DNA of 52,484 nucleotides from Gaiellales bacterium (lineage in GTDB: Bacteria > Actinomycetota > Thermoleophilia > Gaiellales > JAICJC01). A program made the position numbers and the translations under genes. This document shows positions 45,118-52,484 of this stretch, piece by piece (position 1 is the first letter of the stretch; every line of letters starts with the position of its first letter). Under the pieces are notes generated by a model. It was given only the letters and a program-made list of their open reading frames with translations. It ran no database searches and was not told the DNA's origin. The stretch spans positions 1-52,484 of the forward strand of contig DASXOR010000075.1 of assembly GCA_036494095.1 (NCBI GenBank), read 5' to 3'.

Positions 45118-45749
45118 GATTCCTCCGCCACCGTGCGTTCGAGTGCAGTCATGATGAGTGCCGTCGACGTGGCGCCGGGATCCTGGTGGCCGACGGAGCG
45201 CTCGCCCAGGTAGGACGCCCGTCCCTTGCGCGCCTGCATGGGGATGGTCGCCCGCATGCCCTCCTCGGCCGCCGCCCGCGCGTCGGAGACCGCCTCCTGC
45301 AGCGGCCGGCCGCCTTCGACGCCGGCACGGAGGGTCGACACGGCGGGCCCGAGCGCATCGACGATCGTCTTGTCCCCGGGCTCCGCCGCCCCGAGCTCGA
45401 CGATGCCGTTCAGGGCCGCCTCGAGCGCCGTTACGAGGTCGGCGGGCGCGAACGTATCGGCATCCCCGAGGGCCTTGCCCGCCCGGCGCAGGGCCGAGCC
45501 CCACAACGGGCCGCTGGCCCCGCCGACCGTCGAGACGAGCGTCGAGCCCGCCTGCATCAGCGCTTTGCCCGGAGGGGTGTCGCTGTCGAGGCCGTCCAGC
45601 TTGGCCTCGACAGCGTTGAACCCCCGGGTCATGTTGGCGCCGTGATCGGCGTCTCCGATGGCCGCATCGAGTTGGGTGAGATAGTCGCGCTGCTCGGAGA
45701 TCGATGCAGCGCAGGCGCGCATCCAACGGGTCACGGTCTCGGTGTTCAC
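45114..45749 (-). CDS. dhaL: Dihydroxyacetone kinase, ADP-binding subunit
   Basis: GTG 45749 with a GGGAGGG SD. LDAAIGDADHGANM motif. 211 aa. Confidence 0.9.
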   Translation of the reverse strand: MNTETVTRWMRACAASISEQRDYLTQLDAAIGDADHGANMTRGFNAVEAKLDGLDSDTPPGKALMQAGSTLVSTVGGASGPLWGSALRRAGKALGDADTFAPADLVTALEAALNGIVELGAAEPGDKTIVDALGPAVSTLRAGVEGGRPLQEAVSDARAAAEEGMRATIPMQARKGRASYLGERSVGHQDPGATSTALIMTALERTVAEES

Positions 45750-45772
45750 GTCGCCCTCCCTCACTCGATGGG

Positions 45773-46795
45773 CTACGCGCCCCAGCGCAGCGCAGCCGTC
45801 TTCACGGGAGCATCCCACAGACCGGTCAGCTCGTCATCGAGCTGGAGCAGCGTGATCGAGCACCCCGCCATCTCCAGGCTCGTGATGTAGTTGCCGACCA
45901 GGCTGCGGGTGACGCTGATGCCACGGGCGTCGAGGTTCTTCGTGACGGCGTTGAAGAGCAGATAGAGCTCGATCAGCGGCGTGCCGCCGAGCCCGTTCAC
46001 GAAGGCCAGCACCGACGCGCCCTTCGAGACGCCGAGGTCGCTCACGATCGGCTCGAGCATCTCCTCGACGATGTCGTCGGCGGACTTCATCTTCTCGCGC
46101 CGCCGGCCCGGCTCGCCGTGGATGCCGACGCCGACCTCGATCTCATCCGCGGGGAGGTCGAAGATCGGCGTGCCCGAGCTGGGCGTCGCGCATGACGTCA
46201 GCGCGACCCCGAACGAGCGGCCGCTCTCGTTGACCTTGCGACAGATGCCGGCGACGTCGGCGAGCGACCCGCCCGCCTCGGCCTTTGCGCCGGCGATCTT
46301 CTCGGCCAGCACGGTCGCGCCCGTCCCGCGCCGCCCGGCGGTGTAGAGGCTGTCCTGCACGGCCACGTCGTCGTCGAGCACGACGGACTGCACCTCGATG
46401 CCGTCGTCCTCGGCCAGCTCGGCGGCCAGCTTGAAGTTGAGCACGTCGCCGGTGTAGTTCTTGACGATGTGCAGGACGCCGGCGCCGCCGTTCACGGCCT
46501 TCGTCGCCTCGGCCATCTGATCTGGCACGGGCGAGGTGAACACGGCGCCCGCGCACGCGGCGTCGAGCATGCCGGTGCCGACGAAGCCGCCGTGCATCGG
46601 CTCGTGGCCCGAGCCGCCGCCGGAGACGAGCCCGACCTTCCCGGCCACGGGCGCGTCGGCGCGGATGACAAGCTGGTTTGCGAGATCGACGCGGACGAGG
46701 CCGGCGTGCGCCGTCGCGATGCCGGCCAGCGCCTCGGGCACGACCGTCTCGGGATCGTTGATGAACTTCTTCACCACTGCCGTATGGGTGCTCAT
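45773..46795 (-). CDS. dhaK: Dihydroxyacetone kinase, dihydroxyacetone-binding subunit
   Basis: ATG 46795 with an [21 protein letters not shown] motif and NYTGDVLNF. 340 aa. Confidence 0.92.
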   Translation of the reverse strand: MSTHTAVVKKFINDPETVVPEALAGIATAHAGLVRVDLANQLVIRADAPVAGKVGLVSGGGSGHEPMHGGFVGTGMLDAACAGAVFTSPVPDQMAEATKAVNGGAGVLHIVKNYTGDVLNFKLAAELAEDDGIEVQSVVLDDDVAVQDSLYTAGRRGTGATVLAEKIAGAKAEAGGSLADVAGICRKVNESGRSFGVALTSCATPSSGTPIFDLPADEIEVGVGIHGEPGRRREKMKSADDIVEEMLEPIVSDLGVSKGASVLAFVNGLGGTPLIELYLLFNAVTKNLDARGISVTRSLVGNYITSLEMAGCSITLLQLDDELTGLWDAPVKTAALRWGA

Positions 46796-46986
46796 GGTGG
46801 CGCTGCTCCTCCTGATCGTGGGGCCGGGGCGGGCGGGCGCGTGCCCGCGCGACCACGCGGGCGAGGTGGATCCGGCGTCTGCGCTTCCGCCCGTGAGCCC
46901 CCGAGGTGGGAGTGGCTGGGTGGTCGCTTCACGATCCGGATCTCCTCGCTCCCGCGCGCTGCCGCTTCGGTGTCGAGTACTCCTGG

Positions 46987-47048
46987 GCCAGAGTTCGACA
47001 ATGCCGAACAACATTCAGGACAATAGAGCACGCTGCGATCGGTGTCAA
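46987..47048 (-). promoter_or_regulatory. dhaK promoter (TTGACA-17-TATTGT) followed by a 31-bp box shared with glpF
   Basis: On the minus strand: -35 TTGACA (47048-47043, overlapping the stop codon of the upstream epimerase gene), a 17-nt spacer, then -10 TATTGT (47025-47020). The box at 47017-46987 contains GTTCGACA-A-TGCCGAAC. Confidence 0.65.
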
Positions 47049-48055
47049 GCGGGCCGGATCGGGCTGCTCACGGACGCGTTCACCATGCCCTGATCGACAT
47101 ACCAGGCCAGCGTGCGCCGCACCATCTCGTCGAAGGAGCGGTAGTGCAGGCCGAGCTCCGCGGTGGCCCGCGAGCCGTCGTAGGCGTGACCGTGCAGGAG
47201 CGTCGCCACCATCTCCCGGCACAGCTTCGGGCGGCGTCCGCGTACTCGCGCCGCGGCCGCCGTCACGTCGGCCGCCGCGAGCGCCACCGGCCGCGGCAGC
47301 GTGAGCGCGCGCCGCTCGATCCCGGTGATCCGCGTGAGCGTCGCGATCGCCTCGTCGGTCGTCACGCACACGCCGGCGAGCAGGTAGCGGCGGCCGGCCT
47401 GTCCGCGGGCCTCGGCCAGGAGATGGCCCTCGCTGCAGTCGTCCACGTCGACGAGGCTGAACCGCGACCGCACGAGCGCGCGCAGGTGGCCGTTGGCATA
47501 GTCGAGGATCAGGCGCGCCGTTCCGCCGGTGCGTCCGGGCCCCTGCACCGACGCCGGGTTGACGCAGACGAGCTCGACGCCGTGGCGCTCGGCCTCGCGC
47601 ACGGCCGCCCGCTCGGCCTCGTACTTGGAGCGCTCGTACGCCGACAGGAACCACCCCCGGTGCGGCGTGTCCTCGGTGGCGGTCACGCCGCGCGCCTCCC
47701 CGATCGTCGCCGCCGACGACGTGTAGACGATCCGGCGCACGCCGGCGCGGCCGCAGGCGGAGACGACGTTCTCGGTGCCGGCCACGTTCGCGGCCCGCAT
47801 CGGGCCGGGGTCGCGCATGCAGAAGCCGTTCATCCCGGCGACGTGATAGGCCACCTCACACCCGCGGGCGGCCGCCTCCACCGACTCGGGCGCGAGGATG
47901 TCGCCGGCGACGACCTCGGCCCCCAGCGCCAGCAGGCCGGCGGCCGCCTCCGGCCGCCGGGACAGCACCCGCACCTCGCGGCCGTCGGCCAGCAGGCGCC
48001 GGGCGATCCCGCCGCCGACGAACCCGGTCGCCCCGGTGACGAGGATCGCCGTCAC
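47045..48055 (-). CDS. NAD-dependent epimerase/dehydratase family protein
   Basis: GTG 48055 overlaps the upstream stop (GTGA). ILVTGATGFVGG Rossmann motif and YERSK (YxxxK). 336 aa. Confidence 0.87.
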   Translation of the reverse strand: MTAILVTGATGFVGGGIARRLLADGREVRVLSRRPEAAAGLLALGAEVVAGDILAPESVEAAARGCEVAYHVAGMNGFCMRDPGPMRAANVAGTENVVSACGRAGVRRIVYTSSAATIGEARGVTATEDTPHRGWFLSAYERSKYEAERAAVREAERHGVELVCVNPASVQGPGRTGGTARLILDYANGHLRALVRSRFSLVDVDDCSEGHLLAEARGQAGRRYLLAGVCVTTDEAIATLTRITGIERRALTLPRPVALAAADVTAAAARVRGRRPKLCREMVATLLHGHAYDGSRATAELGLHYRSFDEMVRRTLAWYVDQGMVNASVSSPIRPA

Positions 48056-48621
48056 GTCTCGGTGCCCGAGGCCGCGCCGGTCAGCGACCCGGAGAACCGC
48101 ACGAGGTACTCGACGGCCGAGGCGACCGTGATCAGGGCGGCGGCCAGCATCGCCACCTCGTCCAGCCGCAGCGGGCCGACGTCGAGATCCGGGTGCAGGA
48201 TGGCGAGCAGGATGGCGAGGAACTGCGTGTTGGTCTTGAGCTTCCCCCAGATCGAGGGCTTCATGACGACGCCGTCGGCCGCGATCAGGCCGCGCAGCCC
48301 CATGATCACGAGCGCGCGGCCGATGATGATGGTGGCGATCCAGGCCGACGCCCGCCCCACCGACACGAGCGCCACGAGCGTGCCCGACGTGAGCAGCTTG
48401 TCGGCGGTCGTGTCGATGAACGACCCGAGCGTGCTCGTGAGCAGCCAGCGCCGGGCCAGATACCCGTCGAGGGTGTCGGTGACGGCGGCGAGCGCGAAGA
48501 GCGCCGCCGCGGCCTCGTCGACGCCGCGGCCCGCGTCCGCGAGGACGAGCGCCATCACCACCGGCACGGCCACCACCCGCACCGAGCTCAGGGCGGTGAG
48601 CATGCCTTCCGAACGTCTCAT
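48052..48621 (-). CDS. pgsA: CDP-alcohol phosphatidyltransferase (PgsA-like)
   Basis: DTLDGYLARRW...GSFIDTTADK fits D-x2-DG-x2-AR...G-x3-D-x3-D. Multiple TM segments. Start at ATG 48621 (or 48603). Confidence 0.85.
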   Translation of the reverse strand: MRRSEGMLTALSSVRVVAVPVVMALVLADAGRGVDEAAAALFALAAVTDTLDGYLARRWLLTSTLGSFIDTTADKLLTSGTLVALVSVGRASAWIATIIIGRALVIMGLRGLIAADGVVMKPSIWGKLKTNTQFLAILLAILHPDLDVGPLRLDEVAMLAAALITVASAVEYLVRFSGSLTGAASGTET

Positions 48622-48832
48622 CACTGCCGTCGCCGGCACGGCGCCTGCCCATGGCGGCGGTCCCGACGGTAGTCGGCGGTCGGCGGCACGTCGGGAACCA
48701 TAACCGAGGGGTGCAGCGCGCGTCCGGCCCCCGAGCGCGGCCGCGACAGGGGTCGGCGGCCGTGCCGCGGTGTGTCTGGGAGCCCCCGAATTCCGTCTCT
48801 GCAAGCGGGTTTGCCGCAAGGGTGTGACGAAG

Positions 48833-48900
48833 TTGACAAAGCCCCGTGCGTCGACTAGGTTGACGATCGGCCAGAGTTCGGTGATGCCGAATCACGTTCA
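48833..48900 (+). promoter_or_regulatory. glpF promoter (TTGACA-17-TAGGTT) followed by a 31-bp box shared with dhaK
   Basis: -35 TTGACA (48833-48838), a 17-nt spacer, then -10 TAGGTT (48856-48861). The box GCCAGAGTTCGGTGATGCCGAATCACGTTCA (48870-48900) matches 25 of 31 positions with 46987-47017. Confidence 0.65.
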
Positions 48901-49002
48901 TGTCTAGGGGGCTGCCAACGTGTTGTCGGCCCCTTCCCGAAGGTGGGAGGAGGAGCGCATGTACGTTCTCGTCTCGATGGCTGACCGTGAAGGAGCGTCG
49001 AC

Positions 49003-49755
49003 GTGACTGTCCTGACGTTCAACAGCGGTACCGTCTTCTTGTCCGAGACTGTCGGCACGGCCCTGCTGATCCTGCTGGGCTGCGGCGTCGTCGCCGGCGT
49101 CCTGCTGGCACATTCGAAGGCCCAGAATTCGGGCTGGATCGTGATCACGTTCGGATGGGGGCTCGGCGTCATGGTGGGCGCGGCGTCCGTGGCCGACTAC
49201 GGCGGCGCGAGCCTGAACCCGGCGGTGACGCTGGGCATCTGGGCGGCCGGCGGGTTCAACTCCACTTTCGGCGACAAGATCCCGATCTACATCGCCGGGG
49301 AGTTCTGCGGCGCGTTCATCGGGGCGATCCTGGTGTACCTCGCCTACTACTTGCACTGGAAGGACACCGAGGATCCCGGCCTCAAGCTGGCCGTGTTCTC
49401 GACCGGCCCGGCGGTGCGCAACTACGGGTGGAACCTGGTCACAGAGATCATCGGCACGTTCGTGCTGGTGTTCGGCATCTTCGCCGTCACCGGCAACTCC
49501 GGCATCGCCCGCAGTGGCACGGGCATCCTGTTCGTCGCCCTGATCGTCGTCGGCATCGGCCTCTCGCTGGGCGGGCCGACGGGGTATGCCATCAACCCCG
49601 CCCGCGACCTGGGTCCGCGGATCATCCACGCGCTCCTGCCCATCCCGGGGAAGGGCTCGTCCGACTGGGCCTACTCCTGGGTTCCCGTGGTCGGGCCGCT
49701 GATCGGCGGTCTCTTGGGCGGCATCCTCTACCACGCGTTCTACCCGATCAGCTAG
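49003..49755 (+). CDS. glpF: Glycerol uptake facilitator (MIP-family aquaglyceroporin)
   Basis: GTG 49003 with a GAAGGAG SD. Two NPA boxes (SLNPAVT and INPARD). 250 aa. Confidence 0.93.
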   Translation: MTVLTFNSGTVFLSETVGTALLILLGCGVVAGVLLAHSKAQNSGWIVITFGWGLGVMVGAASVADYGGASLNPAVTLGIWAAGGFNSTFGDKIPIYIAGEFCGAFIGAILVYLAYYLHWKDTEDPGLKLAVFSTGPAVRNYGWNLVTEIIGTFVLVFGIFAVTGNSGIARSGTGILFVALIVVGIGLSLGGPTGYAINPARDLGPRIIHALLPIPGKGSSDWAYSWVPVVGPLIGGLLGGILYHAFYPIS

Positions 49756-49768
49756 GAGGCTCCAACCA

Positions 49769-51286
49769 ATGTCGAAGTACGTTGCAGCGATCGACCAGGG
49801 TACGACCAGCACCCGGTGCATGGTGTTCGACCACTCGGGACGGGTCGTCTCGGTCGATCAAAAGGAGCACGAGCAGATCTTCCCGCAGCCCGGCTGGGTC
49901 GAGCACTCGCCGACGGAGATCTGGGAACGTACGCAGGAGGTCGTGACCGGCGCGCTGCGCAAGGGCGACCTGACCACCGCCGACCTGGCTGCGGTCGGCA
50001 TCACGAACCAGCGCGAGACGACGGTGGTGTGGGATCGCAAGACCGGCACCCCCGTCCACAACGCGATCGTGTGGCAGGACACGCGCACGGATCGCATCTG
50101 CGACGAGCTGGCCCGTGACGGCGGCCAGGACCGGTTCCGGACGCAGGTCGGCCTGCCGCTCGCGACCTACTTCTCCGGCCCGAAGGTGAAGTGGATCATC
50201 GACAACGTCCCGGGCGTCAAAGAGCGGGCGCAGAGCGGGGACATCGTGTTCGGCAACATGGACACCTGGGTGGTGTGGAACCTGACCGGGGGCCCGGACG
50301 GCGGCGTCCACATCACCGATCCGACCAACGCGTCGCGCACGATGCTGATGGATCTCGCCACCCTCGATTGGGACGACGCGATCCTCGACACCATGGGCAT
50401 CCCGCGGGCGATGCTGCCCGAGATCAAGTCGTCGAGCATGGAGTACGCGAAGGCCAAGGGCGTCCTCGACGGCATCCCGGTGGCCGGGATCCTGGGAGAT
50501 CAGCAGGCGGCCGTGTTCGGCCAGACGTGCTTCTCGGTCGGCGAGGCTAAGAACACGTACGGCACCGGCAACTTCCTGCTGCTCAACACCGGCACCACGC
50601 CGGTGCAGTCGGAGAACGGGCTCCTGACGACCGTCGGCTACAAGATCGGCGATCAGGACGCCGTGTACTGCCTCGAGGGCGCGATCGCGGTCACCGGATC
50701 GCTGGTGCAGTGGCTGCGCGACAACATCGGCCTGTTCAACAGCGCTCCCGAGATCGAGGCGCTGGCCCGCACGGTTGACGACAACGGCGGCTGCTACTTC
50801 GTGCCGGCGTTCTCGGGCCTGTTCGCGCCGTACTGGAAGAGCGACGCGCGCGGGGCGATCGTCGGGCTCACCCGCTACGTCAACAAGGGCCACATCGCCC
50901 GGGCCGTGCTCGAGGCGACCGCGTTCCAGACCAAGGAGGTCGTCGACGCGATGAACGCCGACTCCGGCGTTCCGCTGACCGCGCTCAAGGTCGACGGCGG
51001 GATGGTGCAGAACAACCTGCTCATGCAGTTCCAGGCGGACATCCTGGACGTGCCCGTGGTACGTCCGGTGGTCGCCGAGACAACGTCCCTGGGAGCCGCG
51101 TACGCCGCCGGCCTGGCGGTCGGCTTCTGGGGCGAGATCGAGGACCTGCGCGCCAACTGGGGCAAGGACCACGAGTGGACGCCGTCGATGGACGGCGCCC
51201 GCCGTGACCACGAGTACCACATGTGGAAGAAGGCCGTGACGCGCACGTTCGACTGGGTCGAATCAGAGGAACATGCCCATGCCTGA
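49769..51286 (+). CDS. glpK: Glycerol kinase
   Basis: 505 aa. FGGY-kinase N-terminus [15 protein letters not shown]. Collinear with known GlpK sequences as far as I can recall. GGAGG SD. Confidence 0.95.
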   Translation: MSKYVAAIDQGTTSTRCMVFDHSGRVVSVDQKEHEQIFPQPGWVEHSPTEIWERTQEVVTGALRKGDLTTADLAAVGITNQRETTVVWDRKTGTPVHNAIVWQDTRTDRICDELARDGGQDRFRTQVGLPLATYFSGPKVKWIIDNVPGVKERAQSGDIVFGNMDTWVVWNLTGGPDGGVHITDPTNASRTMLMDLATLDWDDAILDTMGIPRAMLPEIKSSSMEYAKAKGVLDGIPVAGILGDQQAAVFGQTCFSVGEAKNTYGTGNFLLLNTGTTPVQSENGLLTTVGYKIGDQDAVYCLEGAIAVTGSLVQWLRDNIGLFNSAPEIEALARTVDDNGGCYFVPAFSGLFAPYWKSDARGAIVGLTRYVNKGHIARAVLEATAFQTKEVVDAMNADSGVPLTALKVDGGMVQNNLLMQFQADILDVPVVRPVVAETTSLGAAYAAGLAVGFWGEIEDLRANWGKDHEWTPSMDGARRDHEYHMWKKAVTRTFDWVESEEHAHA

Positions 51287-51500
51287 CGGTTCGGAAAAGG
51301 AACACGGTCACGGCGACTACGCCCGCGGTGAGGAGACGACCCCGCCCGACGAGCACCACGGCGACTTCGCCGAGGGCCAGGAGGGCGAGCACCCCGATCA
51401 CGCAAAGAAGGGGAGCTTCGCCGAGGGCCAGGAAGATGACCCCGAGCACGAGGACGAGCACGAGGGCAGCTTCGCCGAGGGCCAGGAGGACGACGAGTAG
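51273..51500 (+). CDS. Small acidic His/Glu/Asp-rich protein with three G-[DS]-FAEGQE repeats
   Basis: 75-aa ORF overlapping the glpK end by 14 nt. GAGGA SD before ATG 51273/51279. High GC3 across the whole ORF argues for translation. No known family. Confidence 0.55.
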   Translation: MPMPDGSEKEHGHGDYARGEETTPPDEHHGDFAEGQEGEHPDHAKKGSFAEGQEDDPEHEDEHEGSFAEGQEDDE

Positions 51501-51528
51501 CTCCGATCGAGGAGCCAATCGGGGGGAC

Positions 51529-51557
51529 GAGGGGCCGGCGGTCCGCGCCGGCCCCTC
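51529..51557 (+). terminator. Perfect 12-bp GC stem-loop (intercistronic hairpin or terminator)
   Basis: GAGGGGCCGGCG-gtccg-CGCCGGCCCCTC. No U-tract follows, and it lies only 20 nt before the glpA start. It may therefore be an mRNA-stabilising or attenuating structure rather than a full terminator. Confidence 0.4.
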
Positions 51558-51576
51558 GAAGGCGTAAAGTGCTCTT

Positions 51577-52484
51577 GTGATCGAGACGCAGGTGCTGGTC
51601 GTCGGCGGTGGTGCGACGGGCGTCGGAGTCGCCCGCGACGCCGCCTTGCGGGGCCTGTCCGTGGTGCTGGTCGAGCGGCGGGATCTGGCCGAGGGCACGA
51701 CCGGGCGCTTCCACGGGCTGCTGCACTCGGGTGGCCGCTACGCCGTGAAGGATGCGCATTCGGCGCGGGAGTGCATCGACGAGAACCGCATCCTGCGCCG
51801 CATCGCCGCCCGTTGCGTCGAGGACACCGGCGGCCTGTTCGTGTGCACGCCGGCCGACGACGCCGAGTTCGGCGACCGGTTCCGGACCGGGTGCGTCGAC
51901 TCCGGCATCCCCGTCGAGGAGATCGACCCGGCCGAGGCCCTGCGGCGCGAGCCGCGCCTGAACCCCGGCCTCCGGCGGGCGTTCGACGTGCCCGACGGCG
52001 CGCTCGATGTGTGGAAGCTCGTCGGTGCCTGCGCCGAGGACGTCCGCCGCCACGGCGGCACCGTGCTCACCTACCACGACGTCGTCGCGGTCACCGTCGA
52101 GGGGGACGGCGTCTGCGGCGCGCGCGTGCGCGACACGCGCACAGGAGAGGAGACCGAGGTGCGGGCGCAGATGACCGTGAGCGCCACCGGCGCGTGGGCC
52201 GGCCAGTTGGCCGCGATGGCCGGTTGCACGGTGCACGTGCGCGGCGGCCGCGGCGTGATGGTGGCCCTGAACCATCGCCTCGCCCACGCCGTCCTGAACC
52301 GGTGCCGCATCCCCGCCGACTCCGACATCCTGGTTCCGGCGCACACCGTCTCGGTGATCGGCACCACCGATACGCCCGTCGAGGATCCCGACGACCACAG
52401 CATCCCGGCGGCGGACGTGCGCAAGCTCCTCGACGAGGGCTCCGAGCTCGTCCCGCACCTGCGCGAGGCGCGGGCGCTGCGGGC
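51577..52484 (+). CDS. glpA: FAD-dependent glycerol-3-phosphate dehydrogenase (GlpA/GlpD family), 5' partial: runs off the window
   Basis: GTG 51577; the frame stays open to the window end (so it is not in the ORF track). VLVVGGGATGVGVARDAALRGL...TGRFHGLLHSGGRYAV...ARECIDENRIL...NRCRIPADSDILVP is collinear with E. coli GlpA as I recall it. Confidence 0.88.
   Translation, partial: MIETQVLVVGGGATGVGVARDAALRGLSVVLVERRDLAEGTTGRFHGLLHSGGRYAVKDAHSARECIDENRILRRIAARCVEDTGGLFVCTPADDAEFGDRFRTGCVDSGIPVEEIDPAEALRREPRLNPGLRRAFDVPDGALDVWKLVGACAEDVRRHGGTVLTYHDVVAVTVEGDGVCGARVRDTRTGEETEVRAQMTVSATGAWAGQLAAMAGCTVHVRGGRGVMVALNHRLAHAVLNRCRIPADSDILVPAHTVSVIGTTDTPVEDPDDHSIPAADVRKLLDEGSELVPHLREARALR

Noticed and set aside
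51529-51557. Calling the 12-bp GC hairpin after the acidic ORF a definite rho-independent terminator.
   Set aside because: No U-tract follows, and the glpA start is only 20 nt downstream with no room for a promoter. It is reported only with low confidence as a hairpin or possible attenuator.

Overview
This 52,484-bp window is very GC-rich. Codon third positions are almost all G/C, GTG/TTG starts are frequent, and many genes share ATGA/GTGA stop-start overlaps. It reads like an actinobacterial-type chromosome segment; finer taxonomy cannot be supported without a database search. I can support about 55 protein-coding genes. I found no rRNA or tRNA, no transposase, integrase or phage genes, and no CRISPR array. 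From left to right: (1) Stress and redox genes: cspA, a WYL regulator beside a 3-gene ATGA-coupled cassette, a CE7 esterase, an SDR, msrA and osmC. (2) An orphan MoaD/ThiS-like GG protein beside a formamidase-family gene. (3) A 4-gene fatty-acid beta-oxidation operon. (4) An ECF sigma factor with a fused C-terminal domain. (5) The most unusual block: a large SARP/AfsR-type regulator divergent from a tightly packed 9-gene operon. In that operon, three paralogous membrane sensor modules without output domains are translationally coupled to one PP2C-phosphatase/RsbW-kinase fusion, two STAS proteins and three enzymes, with no sigma factor. This block is bracketed by copies of a distinctive CCAATTG double-box element: one palindromic copy at 17.1 kb and a four-copy array at 28.5-28.7 kb. 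(6) Envelope and thiol-redox genes: PAP2, an S33-type hydrolase, an NhaA-DsbA fusion and a DipZ-like CcdA-thioredoxin. (7) Assorted enzymes and an orphan GAF histidine kinase. (8) A glycerol/dihydroxyacetone regulon: an IclR regulator, dhaM-ptsH, dhaKL-ptsI, and glpF-glpK-small acidic repeat ORF-glpA. Its three promoters share a TGCCGAAC/GTTCGGCA operator. The long Arg/Pro/Gly/Ala-rich ORFs in the supplied track are wrong-frame shadows and were rejected. All family assignments rest on motifs read by eye and need HMM or BLAST confirmation.
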